NCBI GenBank assembly: GCA_018895275.1 | Contig: JAHIOQ010000048.1 | Coordinates: 1-58,558, forward strand | Source of the DNA: Candidatus Omnitrophota bacterium | Lineage (GTDB): Bacteria; Omnitrophota; Gorgyraeia; B26-G9 | Direction of reading: 5' to 3' | DNA: 58,558 bases | Shown here: positions 26,723 through 35,970 of the stretch, piece after piece | Layout: each line of letters begins with the position of its first letter | How positions within the stretch are numbered: the stretch's first letter is position 1 | The notes under the pieces: model-generated | Told to the model about the DNA's origin: nothing | Databases searched by the model: none | Seen by the model: only the letters and a program-made list of their open reading frames with translations | Program-made: the position numbers and the translations under genes

Positions 26723-29700
26723 TTAACCGCCGCCTGTCGAAGTGCTTCTGGTCAAGAAACCATTGAGGTTATACCAATATTTTGTCAATTCTCCGCCTTC
26801 TGCATTAAACTGCTGCGTCTGCCTGCCGCTGTTATCATAAAGAATGTAACCGTTATACGTACCGTCGTTATAGACATTGGTCTTAGTCAGGAATCCATTG
26901 TTGTCATAGAAGTATTGCGACTGCACCGCACCGTCGGTACTATCGGTTTTTACCAACCACGTTTTATCCTGCTGTCCATAGGCGTTGAAATAGGTACGCG
27001 TCGTCTGGTCGTGAGTCCAATCCCCATCCGCAACCGCATTGCCCTGATCGTCGATTTCCTGCATTGTCTGAGTACTCGTTGTAGAGAACAGGAATCCGGA
27101 AGCAGAATATGTATAGTACTGAACTTGTTCCGGATTACCTTGATCATCGAATTTTTCGTTATAGACTGCAATCGGACGCGAATATGAATCATGTTTTACC
27201 CAACTGACCATATTTCCCTCTTTACCGTATGACTCGGAACGATACAATGCGCCGAATTCGTTGTACAAGTTGGCCTGGCTCTTAAATCCGCCGCTGAGCG
27301 TGCCGTCGCTATTTACGCTATAATTTGCCGTACCGCCGGCGCTATACTGGTAATATACGTTATCTTCCGTAGTACCTTTAAAGAGCTGATACGTGGCACC
27401 CGGTTTAGAGAAGGCATCAAATACCGTATACGACGTCTGAACGCCATTCATGTAAGACACGGTCTGGTTTAAAAGTCCCTTATTATTATAGAGGTAGTCG
27501 CTTACCACGGCACCTTTGTGGTTGAGCACCTGGTCCGGCCTTCCCATGGAGTTGAAAACAGTCTTACCGGTTATTACCCCGCCTTCTCCATAGCTGTTTG
27601 ACTCCTGGATAAAGCCCTTAGAACTGTATTTATTCTGTGTAATCAGCACACCCTTTTCATTATAGGTATTTTCCGGCCTGCCGTATTTGTTGTATGTCTG
27701 AGTACCGGATAAGATAACCTCCGTACCGATTTGATCAGCGATCATGTCATTCTGAGTTGCTTCGAGATTAACCGTATACAAGGTCGCGCCGGTCATGAAT
27801 CCGGTTGCCGAACCATCGGTCTTCTGATAGCTGAATACCTGCGAAAGTGATGCATTACCGCTTGCCGATACGTTGAAGGAATCAACCGGCCTTGACTTAG
27901 CGTCATATGTCGTATATCCGGCGACATTGTACCATCCGGTCATTATCGTTCCATCCGTAAGCGTTAGGGTATCTGTGCCCGAACCATCCGTGTCTTCAAT
28001 ATACGTAAGGTTATTGGAACGCTCGAGGAATCCGGCATCATTGTAATTATACGAACTAACCGTCATCCCTTCCGTGTTTGTCGAATACTTCTGTTTTCCC
28101 CAATCGTCATAATGTGTGGTACCGGTTACCGGGCCCTGGGCCTCTGTGCCGGGTTCTCCGTATGTCGTACTTGTCGCCAAGAATCCTGTGAGTGTATACT
28201 GAAAATCCTGTACCAAGGCATTGCGTTCATTATACGCTGCTGTCGGCCTTCCCTGCGCGTTATAGACAGTTTTTCCGGTATATGCCTTATCAATACCGTA
28301 ATTCTTCGATGCAGAGAGGAAGCCGCTTTTGGAATACGAATATGTTGAAACCGATTCGCCTAATTCATTGAAAGAAGTTTCCTGTTGTCCGTATTTATTA
28401 AATGTCGTGTAACCCGTGAACGTCTGCTGATCTCCATAATTGACGGTCATCGACAAAAATCCGGTATTCCTTTGCCCGATATATTGAATATCCGTAGGAA
28501 CTCCGGTTGCGTTGGAGTTATAGATAAATTCCTGAACTTTTGATCCTTGAACTTCTGTCCCATTTTCTATTGCTACCTTTATATTGTTCTCAGATACGGT
28601 GTAAGCGGCAAGCGGCCGGCTTGTTGCATCATATTCCGTATAACCGGTCAACGCGCCGTTATTGCCATAGCTGTTTGCCTGCAGCATAAAGCCGTGCGAA
28701 TCGTACTTATAATCAGCTACCTTTGAGTTTTCCCCATTAGTCTGTAAAGTAGCCCTGCCGAACTCATCATAACTCGTTGTTCCGGTTGGGGTAGGAACTC
28801 CATCCGTAGATTCGCCGTAATTGTAGCTTTCATCCATTTGTCCACTGAAGTCGTTATAATGGAAGGCTTGCACCAATGCTCCTGTTTGGTTGTATGCCTC
28901 CGTCGGACGGCTCAAATCATTGAATACCGTTTTCCCCATATAGGCATTGTCTTCCCCATAGTTATTCGCCGTATACAAGAATCCCTGATTTGAATAGTTG
29001 TATTGGGTTGTCTTTTCTCCGAATTCGTTGTAGTTTATGTTCTGGCGTCCGTATTTATCAAACAGCGTTGTGCCCAAGAGAACAGGAATACCATTGTCAC
29101 CCTTTCTGCCATAATTGGTCGTGCTGATCAAAAATCCGTCCGCATATGTAAATCCCTGGACCATAGCACCTTGTGAAGGATTATCCGCGTCGCCTTGCGT
29201 ATCCCAATAGGTCTGGTATGAGGCGGTCGGACGAGAATTCTCATCAAATGTCGTAAAACCGGTAACCGCATAATATCCGTGCTGAATAACTTTATCATTA
29301 TTCTCTACATCAAGCGCATACTCCCCTGTTGCAGTTGCATCTTCGACAAACGAAAGTGTATTTGTCTGGGTCATAAACCCGCGTTCGTTATACTGATACG
29401 AAGAAATGGCCAAGCCTTTTTCGTTTTCAGCCCTTATCGCCTTACCATAGCCGTCAAACACGGTTTTACCGGTATTCTGCTGATTTCCTCCGTAACTTGT
29501 GCTGCTTTCCATAAAGCCGTACTGGTTATAGTCGAATCGTGATGTAAGGCCCATGCCCGTTTTAACATTACCAACCATGTTGTACGATTCGGTAGGTTTG
29601 CCTTCTTTACTGAAAATCGTCTTGCCTAAGTAAGCCCCACCCGTTCCGTAGTTATTGGTCTGGGATAAAAACCCCTGGCTGGAGTATACATATGAAGATA

Positions 29701-32700
29701 TCTTCTTACCGTATTCATTAAAGGTTGCCTGTTGCCGGCCGTACTTATCAAACTGGGTTTCTCCGGCAGGAGCAGGTGTCCCCTCCGCTCTTATGTCACC
29801 ATAATTAATTGTCTTGGTCATGAACCCGCCTACATACACATATGACTGCACAGTTGTTGCCTGTAAACCAGCCGCCGTACCGTTATCAAACACCGTATAA
29901 GTCTCCGTCGGGCGTGATTTCGCGTCGAAAGCAGTAAACCCTGTCTTTACCTGTTCAGGAAGGCCGGTTTCACCATTAAGGATCACAGTTCCGTTATCAT
30001 CCGTATTTAACCCGTAGGATTCAGACCTTGATAGAAAGCCGCGTTCGTTGTAGACATATGTCTGAACCATTACGTTTTCGGCATTCATAACCTGGTCGGC
30101 TTTTCCGTATTTATCATAAGATGTGGCACCGCTATATGTCGGCATATATTTTGCCGAGCTTGAGAATGTTTTCGAAAAAGCCTGTGCATCTTTATTATCG
30201 ACGTCTCCGTCAACATCGTAATCATATGAGGGGTTATATGATGACATTGCCGCGATAAAACCGGCAGAGCCTTTAAACGAAGACTCGAAAATAGCCACAT
30301 CAGCATCGTTAATCAGGCCGTCATCATTAAAATCATACTCAGCTAAATAAACACCGTCTTTTGCTGAGGATCCGAGTACGGCAGCAAACTTATCTATCTT
30401 ACTCACATCAACTACGGTTGCTTCGTTCCATGATTTACTGCTTTCTAAAAATCCGTCTGCACCGTATTCGAATGTCTGCGTCAATCCTTTCAATGCCGGC
30501 TGCCACAGCGGATTATCCAGATCGCTCTGTATTAAACCACTGTGTAATGCCGCAATAAGATCATCCTTAATAGTTGACGTAGAGCAAAAGGAGTTAAAGC
30601 TTGCCAGCGGCCGAGAGAAGTTATCAAAAACAGTCGTACCGGTTAAAGCCTTATCCTTGCCATAGGTGGTTGACGCCTTAAGGAATCCTTCCAGAGAATA
30701 ATAATACTTCTGCACTAAATTGCCTTCTTCGTTGAGAGTCTCTAACTGGCGGCCGTATTGATCAAAAGTGGTTTCCCCCACTTTTTCTATCTCTCCATTC
30801 TTATTGATATCTCCATAATTAATCGTCTTCTGCACGAAATTAGAGTACTTGGTTTGCAAGACCTTATTGCCGTCGGCATCTTTCACTGTTGCCTGATAGG
30901 AGTAGACATACCCCTGAGATTTTGACGCCACCGCACCGTTTCCGCTTTCGTCATCGAACAATTGATAGGAAGCCATCGGCTTGGAATCGCCGCCGAACAA
31001 TGTATAGCCCGTAACAACCTGTGTATCAACTCCAAGCCCTCCGTCCATTTGCGAAAGCCTGTCAATCGACCAGTCGGTCACTGGTTCCATTAGCCCGGAC
31101 TCTCCAAGGCACACGGCATCGCCAAATTGAGAGGCTTGAATTTTATAGGCGGAAACCGCTGCGGTATTATTACCTTCTCCCTCGAGAATTTGGCCTAACA
31201 TATGGTATGCGGTACCCACATCATTTTCCAGAAATTCGCTGCCGCCCAATGCCTCACTGCTAAATAACTGTATTACCTTTAAAGCGCATTTCGCGGCAAA
31301 TTCCGGATCGCTTTTGAGATACGCCCACATCGCATTCATTAACGAATTGTTACCAAGATCCCCGACTCTAATCATAATCTCCGCATCATAAGAGTCGTCC
31401 CACAATGATGCGATCAAGCCCAGGTCTGCCTGTGTGGAAACAATGACACTGTTGACACCGTCGGCACTGCTTAAATTGTAGCTTTTTACCAGCAGGCCGT
31501 TTTCATCATAGATATATTTCTGTACGAGGCTGCCCGCCTGGTTATAGACATCCGTGGGTTTGCTTTTCGCGTCATACAAAGTTGTTCCTGTAGTGAGGCC
31601 ATTCTCGCCTTTGTTCATGGATTCTTTCAAAAAACCGTCAGTACCATAAATAAATAACTGCGCCACTGCGCCCTGAGCATTAAATGCCTCGGAAGGCCGG
31701 CTGTATTTATCAAATATTGTTTGCCCTGTTCTTTTTCCCTCAAAACCGTAGGAAATCGTATAATCGAGAAACCCCTGCTTATCATATGCATAAGTCTGCT
31801 GTTTCTCCATTACCGTATTTCCATTTACATCCAACACAGGATTGCCCTGATCATCCCGAACAACACCGTATACAGTAGTAGGACGTCCCTTCTTGTCAAA
31901 TTCCGTCTTTGATGTCTGGAAATAAACAAAGTTTCCCTCTGTTACCAGATTCCCGTTCTCATCTATGGGTTTACTGTATGTTTCCAGATTATTTTCATCC
32001 GTGCCGCGTAAAATCCCCAGAGAATATGTCGCATCCAGGACTCCGCTTTCCTTGTAGGTATATTCCTGCTGTTTTACTACGTTGCCGCCATCGCCAATCT
32101 GCCATACCCCTACCGGCCTGCCCTTGGTATCAAATACCGTATACGACACGATTACCTGCTGCGATGTGAACGGATCAATCGCGCCTAAAGACAATGTCTG
32201 TTGTAAAAAACCGCGCTCATTATAAACATATTGCTGAACAAGCGTTGCTTCATGGTTATAACTTCCGGACACTCTTCCATATTCGTCATAATCGGTCCAT
32301 CCGGTTACCACCCCTTTTGCGCCGGTACTGGTGATAGATGCAACATTACCCGCGGCATCATAATTATAGGAACCAACCTGTACAAGCGTTTCTACCGGAT
32401 TGCCGTTTGCATCGAGAACAACCGCTCCGTTAGCATCGACAACATCAACAATGTCATAAATAACCGTAAAATAGCCGTCTTCTACAATCGTAACCTGCTT
32501 TGATATCTGATTGACAACCTGGGTAAGGTGTCCATCGTTATCATAAACATATGTCTGGGTAACCGTACCCTCGGCATTAGTCGTATAAGAGGGGCGAATG
32601 CCATCCATCTCAAAGTGCGTAATATTGCCGTTATGATCGGTAAATGATTCCAGAGCGCCTTTGCTGTTGAATTTATAATCACCAACTTTAACTACATTAC

Positions 32701-33301
32701 CACCGGCATCCGTATACTGAATATAATCCGGCCTGCCCGCATTGTCATATATAGTTTCATTGCCCCAATTGTCAATCGACTTAACAATTCTCAATCCGTC
32801 ACCGGAATATTCGTAGCGGATAGTTCCTTGTCCGATACTTGATGTTTGCTGCCCCATATTAAATTGCTGCGAACGTACAACTTCTCCCGCAGCGTTTAGA
32901 AGCTCTACTACTTGTCCGTTAAGCTGGTAACGATAGGTAAACTTTTCACCGGTATCCGCGTTTTTGATTATAACATTGGCACCGTTAAGCGTATAAGTTA
33001 CTTCCATATTACCCATTTCATTCAGTGATAATTGCGCAGAGGCACCTGTTCCCGAATAGATATATACATCTCCGTTTGAAGTGGTGATAACTTTAGGCGC
33101 CGGAGCAATCGCTTGAGAAAGGTCTCCGGGCTCACTCTGGGCGCCAATCTGTCCGCCAAAGACTCCCTGCAAGACCTCATTCGACATCAACATATCCTGC
33201 TGTGCCTGCAAATCAAAGGCAAAGCCGAGATTTGCTGTCAACATGTTCACTAAAAACGTTACTAGTACAAGATATGAATAAATCCGTATACCTCTCTTCA
33301 T
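26723..33301 (-). CDS. Giant secreted YD/RHS-like repeat protein, 2192 aa, with TPR-like and dockerin-like inserts
   Basis: AGGGG ribosome-binding site; signal peptide (…ANLGFA|FD); about 30 repeats of GxTxFDxxGRPxxxxNxxGxxVQxYxYxxxGFLxxSxxYG. Confidence 0.85.
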   Translation of the reverse strand: MKRGIRIYSYLVLVTFLVNMLTANLGFAFDLQAQQDMLMSNEVLQGVFGGQIGAQSEPGDLSQAIAPAPKVITTSNGDVYIYSGTGASAQLSLNEMGNMEVTYTLNGANVIIKNADTGEKFTYRYQLNGQVVELLNAAGEVVRSQQFNMGQQTSSIGQGTIRYEYSGDGLRIVKSIDNWGNETIYDNAGRPDYIQYTDAGGNVVKVGDYKFNSKGALESFTDHNGNITHFEMDGIRPSYTTNAEGTVTQTYVYDNDGHLTQVVNQISKQVTIVEDGYFTVIYDIVDVVDANGAVVLDANGNPVETLVQVGSYNYDAAGNVASITSTGAKGVVTGWTDYDEYGRVSGSYNHEATLVQQYVYNERGFLQQTLSLGAIDPFTSQQVIVSYTVFDTKGRPVGVWQIGDGGNVVKQQEYTYKESGVLDATYSLGILRGTDENNLETYSKPIDENGNLVTEGNFVYFQTSKTEFDKKGRPTTVYGVVRDDQGNPVLDVNGNTVMEKQQTYAYDKQGFLDYTISYGFEGKRTGQTIFDKYSRPSEAFNAQGAVAQLFIYGTDGFLKESMNKGENGLTTGTTLYDAKSKPTDVYNQAGSLVQKYIYDENGLLVKSYNLSSADGVNSVIVSTQADLGLIASLWDDSYDAEIMIRVGDLGNNSLMNAMWAYLKSDPEFAAKCALKVIQLFSSEALGGSEFLENDVGTAYHMLGQILEGEGNNTAAVSAYKIQASQFGDAVCLGESGLMEPVTDWSIDRLSQMDGGLGVDTQVVTGYTLFGGDSKPMASYQLFDDESGNGAVASKSQGYVYSYQATVKDADGNKVLQTKYSNFVQKTINYGDINKNGEIEKVGETTFDQYGRQLETLNEEGNLVQKYYYSLEGFLKASTTYGKDKALTGTTVFDNFSRPLASFNSFCSTSTIKDDLIAALHSGLIQSDLDNPLWQPALKGLTQTFEYGADGFLESSKSWNEATVVDVSKIDKFAAVLGSSAKDGVYLAEYDFNDDGLINDADVAIFESSFKGSAGFIAAMSSYNPSYDYDVDGDVDNKDAQAFSKTFSSSAKYMPTYSGATSYDKYGKADQVMNAENVMVQTYVYNERGFLSRSESYGLNTDDNGTVILNGETGLPEQVKTGFTAFDAKSRPTETYTVFDNGTAAGLQATTVQSYVYVGGFMTKTINYGDIRAEGTPAPAGETQFDKYGRQQATFNEYGKKISSYVYSSQGFLSQTNNYGTGGAYLGKTIFSKEGKPTESYNMVGNVKTGMGLTSRFDYNQYGFMESSTSYGGNQQNTGKTVFDGYGKAIRAENEKGLAISSYQYNERGFMTQTNTLSFVEDATATGEYALDVENNDKVIQHGYYAVTGFTTFDENSRPTASYQTYWDTQGDADNPSQGAMVQGFTYADGFLISTTNYGRKGDNGIPVLLGTTLFDKYGRQNINYNEFGEKTTQYNYSNQGFLYTANNYGEDNAYMGKTVFNDLSRPTEAYNQTGALVQAFHYNDFSGQMDESYNYGESTDGVPTPTGTTSYDEFGRATLQTNGENSKVADYKYDSHGFMLQANSYGNNGALTGYTEYDATSRPLAAYTVSENNIKVAIENGTEVQGSKVQEFIYNSNATGVPTDIQYIGQRNTGFLSMTVNYGDQQTFTGYTTFNKYGQQETSFNELGESVSTYSYSKSGFLSASKNYGIDKAYTGKTVYNAQGRPTAAYNERNALVQDFQYTLTGFLATSTTYGEPGTEAQGPVTGTTHYDDWGKQKYSTNTEGMTVSSYNYNDAGFLERSNNLTYIEDTDGSGTDTLTLTDGTIMTGWYNVAGYTTYDAKSRPVDSFNVSASGNASLSQVFSYQKTDGSATGFMTGATLYTVNLEATQNDMIADQIGTEVILSGTQTYNKYGRPENTYNEKGVLITQNKYSSKGFIQESNSYGEGGVITGKTVFNSMGRPDQVLNHKGAVVSDYLYNNKGLLNQTVSYMNGVQTSYTVFDAFSKPGATYQLFKGTTEDNVYYQYSAGGTANYSVNSDGTLSGGFKSQANLYNEFGALYRSESYGKEGNMVSWVKHDSYSRPIAVYNEKFDDQGNPEQVQYYTYSASGFLFSTTSTQTMQEIDDQGNAVADGDWTHDQTTRTYFNAYGQQDKTWLVKTDSTDGAVQSQYFYDNNGFLTKTNVYNDGTYNGYILYDNSGRQTQQFNAEGGELTKYWYNLNGFLTRSTSTGGG

Positions 33302-33525
33302 ACTAATCCCCTTTCGTTTAATAATATGTTAAAATGATACGATATAAAAATTCACCCAATAGTCATAAATTACAGATGAGTCCTTTACTAAGCATTTGCC
33401 TTTCATCTTCAACTGCTTTTTCATTCACACCCCCCCTCTTTTTATGCGCTATTTTTACAAGGTATGTATAATGCCTTTTCTATTTTCAATTATACTATTT
33501 AAAAGTTTTTTTAATTCGTACAATA

Positions 33526-33554
33526 AGTATATCATTGAACCATTTAGCTGTCAA
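33526..33554 (-). promoter_or_regulatory. sigma70 promoter (TTGACA-N17-TATACT, TG extension) for the giant gene
   Basis: Minus strand reads TTGACA gctaaatggttcaatga TATACT. Confidence 0.7.
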
Positions 33555-33666
33555 GTTTATACTTTTCTGCTTGGATTAGCCACATGCGCTGTTACTAATT
33601 TTAGGCTAGACTTTTTGGATTGTTTTGGGAAATGATAAATAATCTTAAATAAGGGCAATATAAATA

Positions 33667-34887
33667 TTATAAATTTTGTTGCTTTATGAAACAATCCATT
33701 AGCTCATAGCCGTTACTAAACACTAAGCGGCTTTTCTTAGCTTCATTTTCATTATACCATATAAATTCATCTTTTGCAATACCCGTACCAAATATTAAAA
33801 AACAAACCGGATCAGCGGTATGAGTTCTCAAGCTTATCGGCGTAGGATGGTCAGGCATTAGCAGTATCCTTAAAGGGTCGATTCCCACATTATAAGTATT
33901 TAATACCGTACCAATGACCAAACGATCAAAATTCTCAATAGCCGCAATCTTTGCCCGGACGTCTCCATTGTGCCCTGCTTCATCCGGAGCCTCTACATGA
34001 ATAAACACAAAATCATTCCTTTTCAGGCTATCAAGCGCGTATCTTGCCTTTGCTTCATAATCAGTATCATAATATCCTGTCGCACCCGGTACATCAATAG
34101 GTGTTAATCCGATTGCACGGCCAATTCCTTTTATGAGGTCTACTGCGGAGATTACTGAACCGCTCACCCCGTATTTTTTCCGAAAAGAAGGCAAAACGAT
34201 TTTTTTGCCCTGCCCCCATAGCCAAATCATATTCGCCGGATTTTCTTTTAAATCAATACGCACTAAATTAATTTCATGCTCATTCAATATATCTTTAGAT
34301 TGCTGCATAATACCGAGAATTTCCGTGCAGGCCTTTCCCTGCGGCAAACAATCCGCGATTTTTTTGCCCATTATGTCGTGCGGCGGATAACATTTCAGTT
34401 TAAGCAGTTCTTCCGAGGCATCATTAATAACCATCAGATGCCGGTAACTGACCCCAGGGTAGAAACGTATTGTTTTATCCGGAATACGCCGATTCAATAC
34501 CTTTATGAGAACCTGTGCCTCTTTCGTGGAGATGTGCCCTGCGCTATAATCAATAAGCAGACCGTTTTCTTCGGTAATAAAATTACACCGGAAAGCGATA
34601 TCCTTCTCACCTAACTCCACTCCGAGATTTATCGCTTCCAGGGGAGCCCTTCCGGAAAAATACTTTTCCGGATCATAACCGAATATCGCAAGATTAGCCA
34701 CATCGCTACCCGGCGTCATTCCTTTAGGCACAAAAGAAGCCGTTCCGATCTTACCGTTTTGAGCTAAAAAATCCATATTCGGCGTTCTCGCCACTTCCAG
34801 AGGAGTGCGGTTGCCCAATTCCTCCAATGGATAATCAGCCATCCCGTCAGGTACAAAAACAATATACTTCATTGCTTGTTTTTTCAT
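33667..34887 (-). CDS. apgM: Cofactor-independent phosphoglycerate mutase family protein (archaeal ApgM type; proposed homoserine kinase subfamily)
   Basis: DGMAD.P, GSDVANL, SYRHL, HVEAPDEAGH and PDHPTP; directly follows hom-thrC. Confidence 0.85.
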   Translation of the reverse strand: MKKQAMKYIVFVPDGMADYPLEELGNRTPLEVARTPNMDFLAQNGKIGTASFVPKGMTPGSDVANLAIFGYDPEKYFSGRAPLEAINLGVELGEKDIAFRCNFITEENGLLIDYSAGHISTKEAQVLIKVLNRRIPDKTIRFYPGVSYRHLMVINDASEELLKLKCYPPHDIMGKKIADCLPQGKACTEILGIMQQSKDILNEHEINLVRIDLKENPANMIWLWGQGKKIVLPSFRKKYGVSGSVISAVDLIKGIGRAIGLTPIDVPGATGYYDTDYEAKARYALDSLKRNDFVFIHVEAPDEAGHNGDVRAKIAAIENFDRLVIGTVLNTYNVGIDPLRILLMPDHPTPISLRTHTADPVCFLIFGTGIAKDEFIWYNENEAKKSRLVFSNGYELMDCFIKQQNL

Positions 34888-34889
34888 CG

Positions 34890-35963
34890 CTATTTTATTC
34901 CCGCTTTATCCAATACTGCCTCCAGAGAGGCTGGAATAACCACCGGCTCTTTTATGGTTTTAATTGCCCGCTCAGGGTCCTTTAAACCATGCCCCGTGAG
35001 AACACAAACCACTTTAAAATCATCTTTGTTTTTAAAATATCCGTTCCGGCTAAGCTTTAGTACCCCGGCCACCGACGCTGCAGAAGCCGGTTCGACAAAG
35101 ACACCTTCCTGTCCGGCCAATAACTTATACGCATCAAGTATCTCTTCATCCGTCACAGAATCTATCAACCCTTTCGACTCATCCCGAGCTGCTTCCGCAT
35201 TCCTCCAACCGGCAGGATTTCCAATCTTTATTGCCGTGGCTATTGTCTGCGGATTTTCGATTACGGTTTTTTTGACTATCGGTGCCGCACCCGCGGCCTG
35301 AAAACCCAGCATTACCGGCAATTTTTTAATTTTAGCCTCCTGATAATATTCCTTAAAACCTTTCCAATAGGCAGTAATATTACCGGCATTACCTACCGGA
35401 ATAGCTAAAAAATCCGGAGCATCTTCAAGTACATCACAAATTTCAAAAGCAGCGGTCTTTTGCCCTTCAATACGGTAAGGATTAAGCGAGTTAACCAGGG
35501 TTACCGGATAACGATCCGTTATTTCCCGCACAAGAGTTAATGCCTGGTCAAAATTACCGTCTACAGCCAGAACACATGCTCCATGAATAAGCGCTTGCGC
35601 CAATTTTCCAAGCGCAATCGCTCCTTTAGGAATCAGAACTATGCACCTAAGGCCGGCACGAATACTATAAGCAGCCGCTGATGCCGAAGTGTTTCCCGTC
35701 GAAGCACACATTACTGCCTGCGAGCCTTCTTCTTTTGCCTTAGAGATTGCCATGGTCATCCCACGATCCTTAAAAGACCCCGTGGGATTAAGCCCCTCAT
35801 ATTTCAAAAAAACCTTAACATTCTTCCCAATCAGCTTGCTGAGAGATGGCGCCGGAATCAGGGGCGTATTGCCTTCATGTAGAGTTACCAGGGGCGTAGC
35901 ATCCGATACCGGTAAAAACGCCTTGTATTGCTTAATAAGCCCCTGCCATCCGTTATTAATCAT
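34890..35963 (-). CDS. thrC: Threonine synthase
   Basis: [31 protein letters not shown] and LTGHGLKDP. Confidence 0.96.
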   Translation of the reverse strand: MINNGWQGLIKQYKAFLPVSDATPLVTLHEGNTPLIPAPSLSKLIGKNVKVFLKYEGLNPTGSFKDRGMTMAISKAKEEGSQAVMCASTGNTSASAAAYSIRAGLRCIVLIPKGAIALGKLAQALIHGACVLAVDGNFDQALTLVREITDRYPVTLVNSLNPYRIEGQKTAAFEICDVLEDAPDFLAIPVGNAGNITAYWKGFKEYYQEAKIKKLPVMLGFQAAGAAPIVKKTVIENPQTIATAIKIGNPAGWRNAEAARDESKGLIDSVTDEEILDAYKLLAGQEGVFVEPASAASVAGVLKLSRNGYFKNKDDFKVVCVLTGHGLKDPERAIKTIKEPVVIPASLEAVLDKAGIK

Positions 35964-35970
35964 TTTATAT

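Noticed and set aside
26723-33301. Classical RHS polymorphic toxin or T6SS effector
   Set aside because: It has a Sec signal peptide and lacks the DPxG core end, toxin domain, immunity gene and PAAR/VgrG neighbours.
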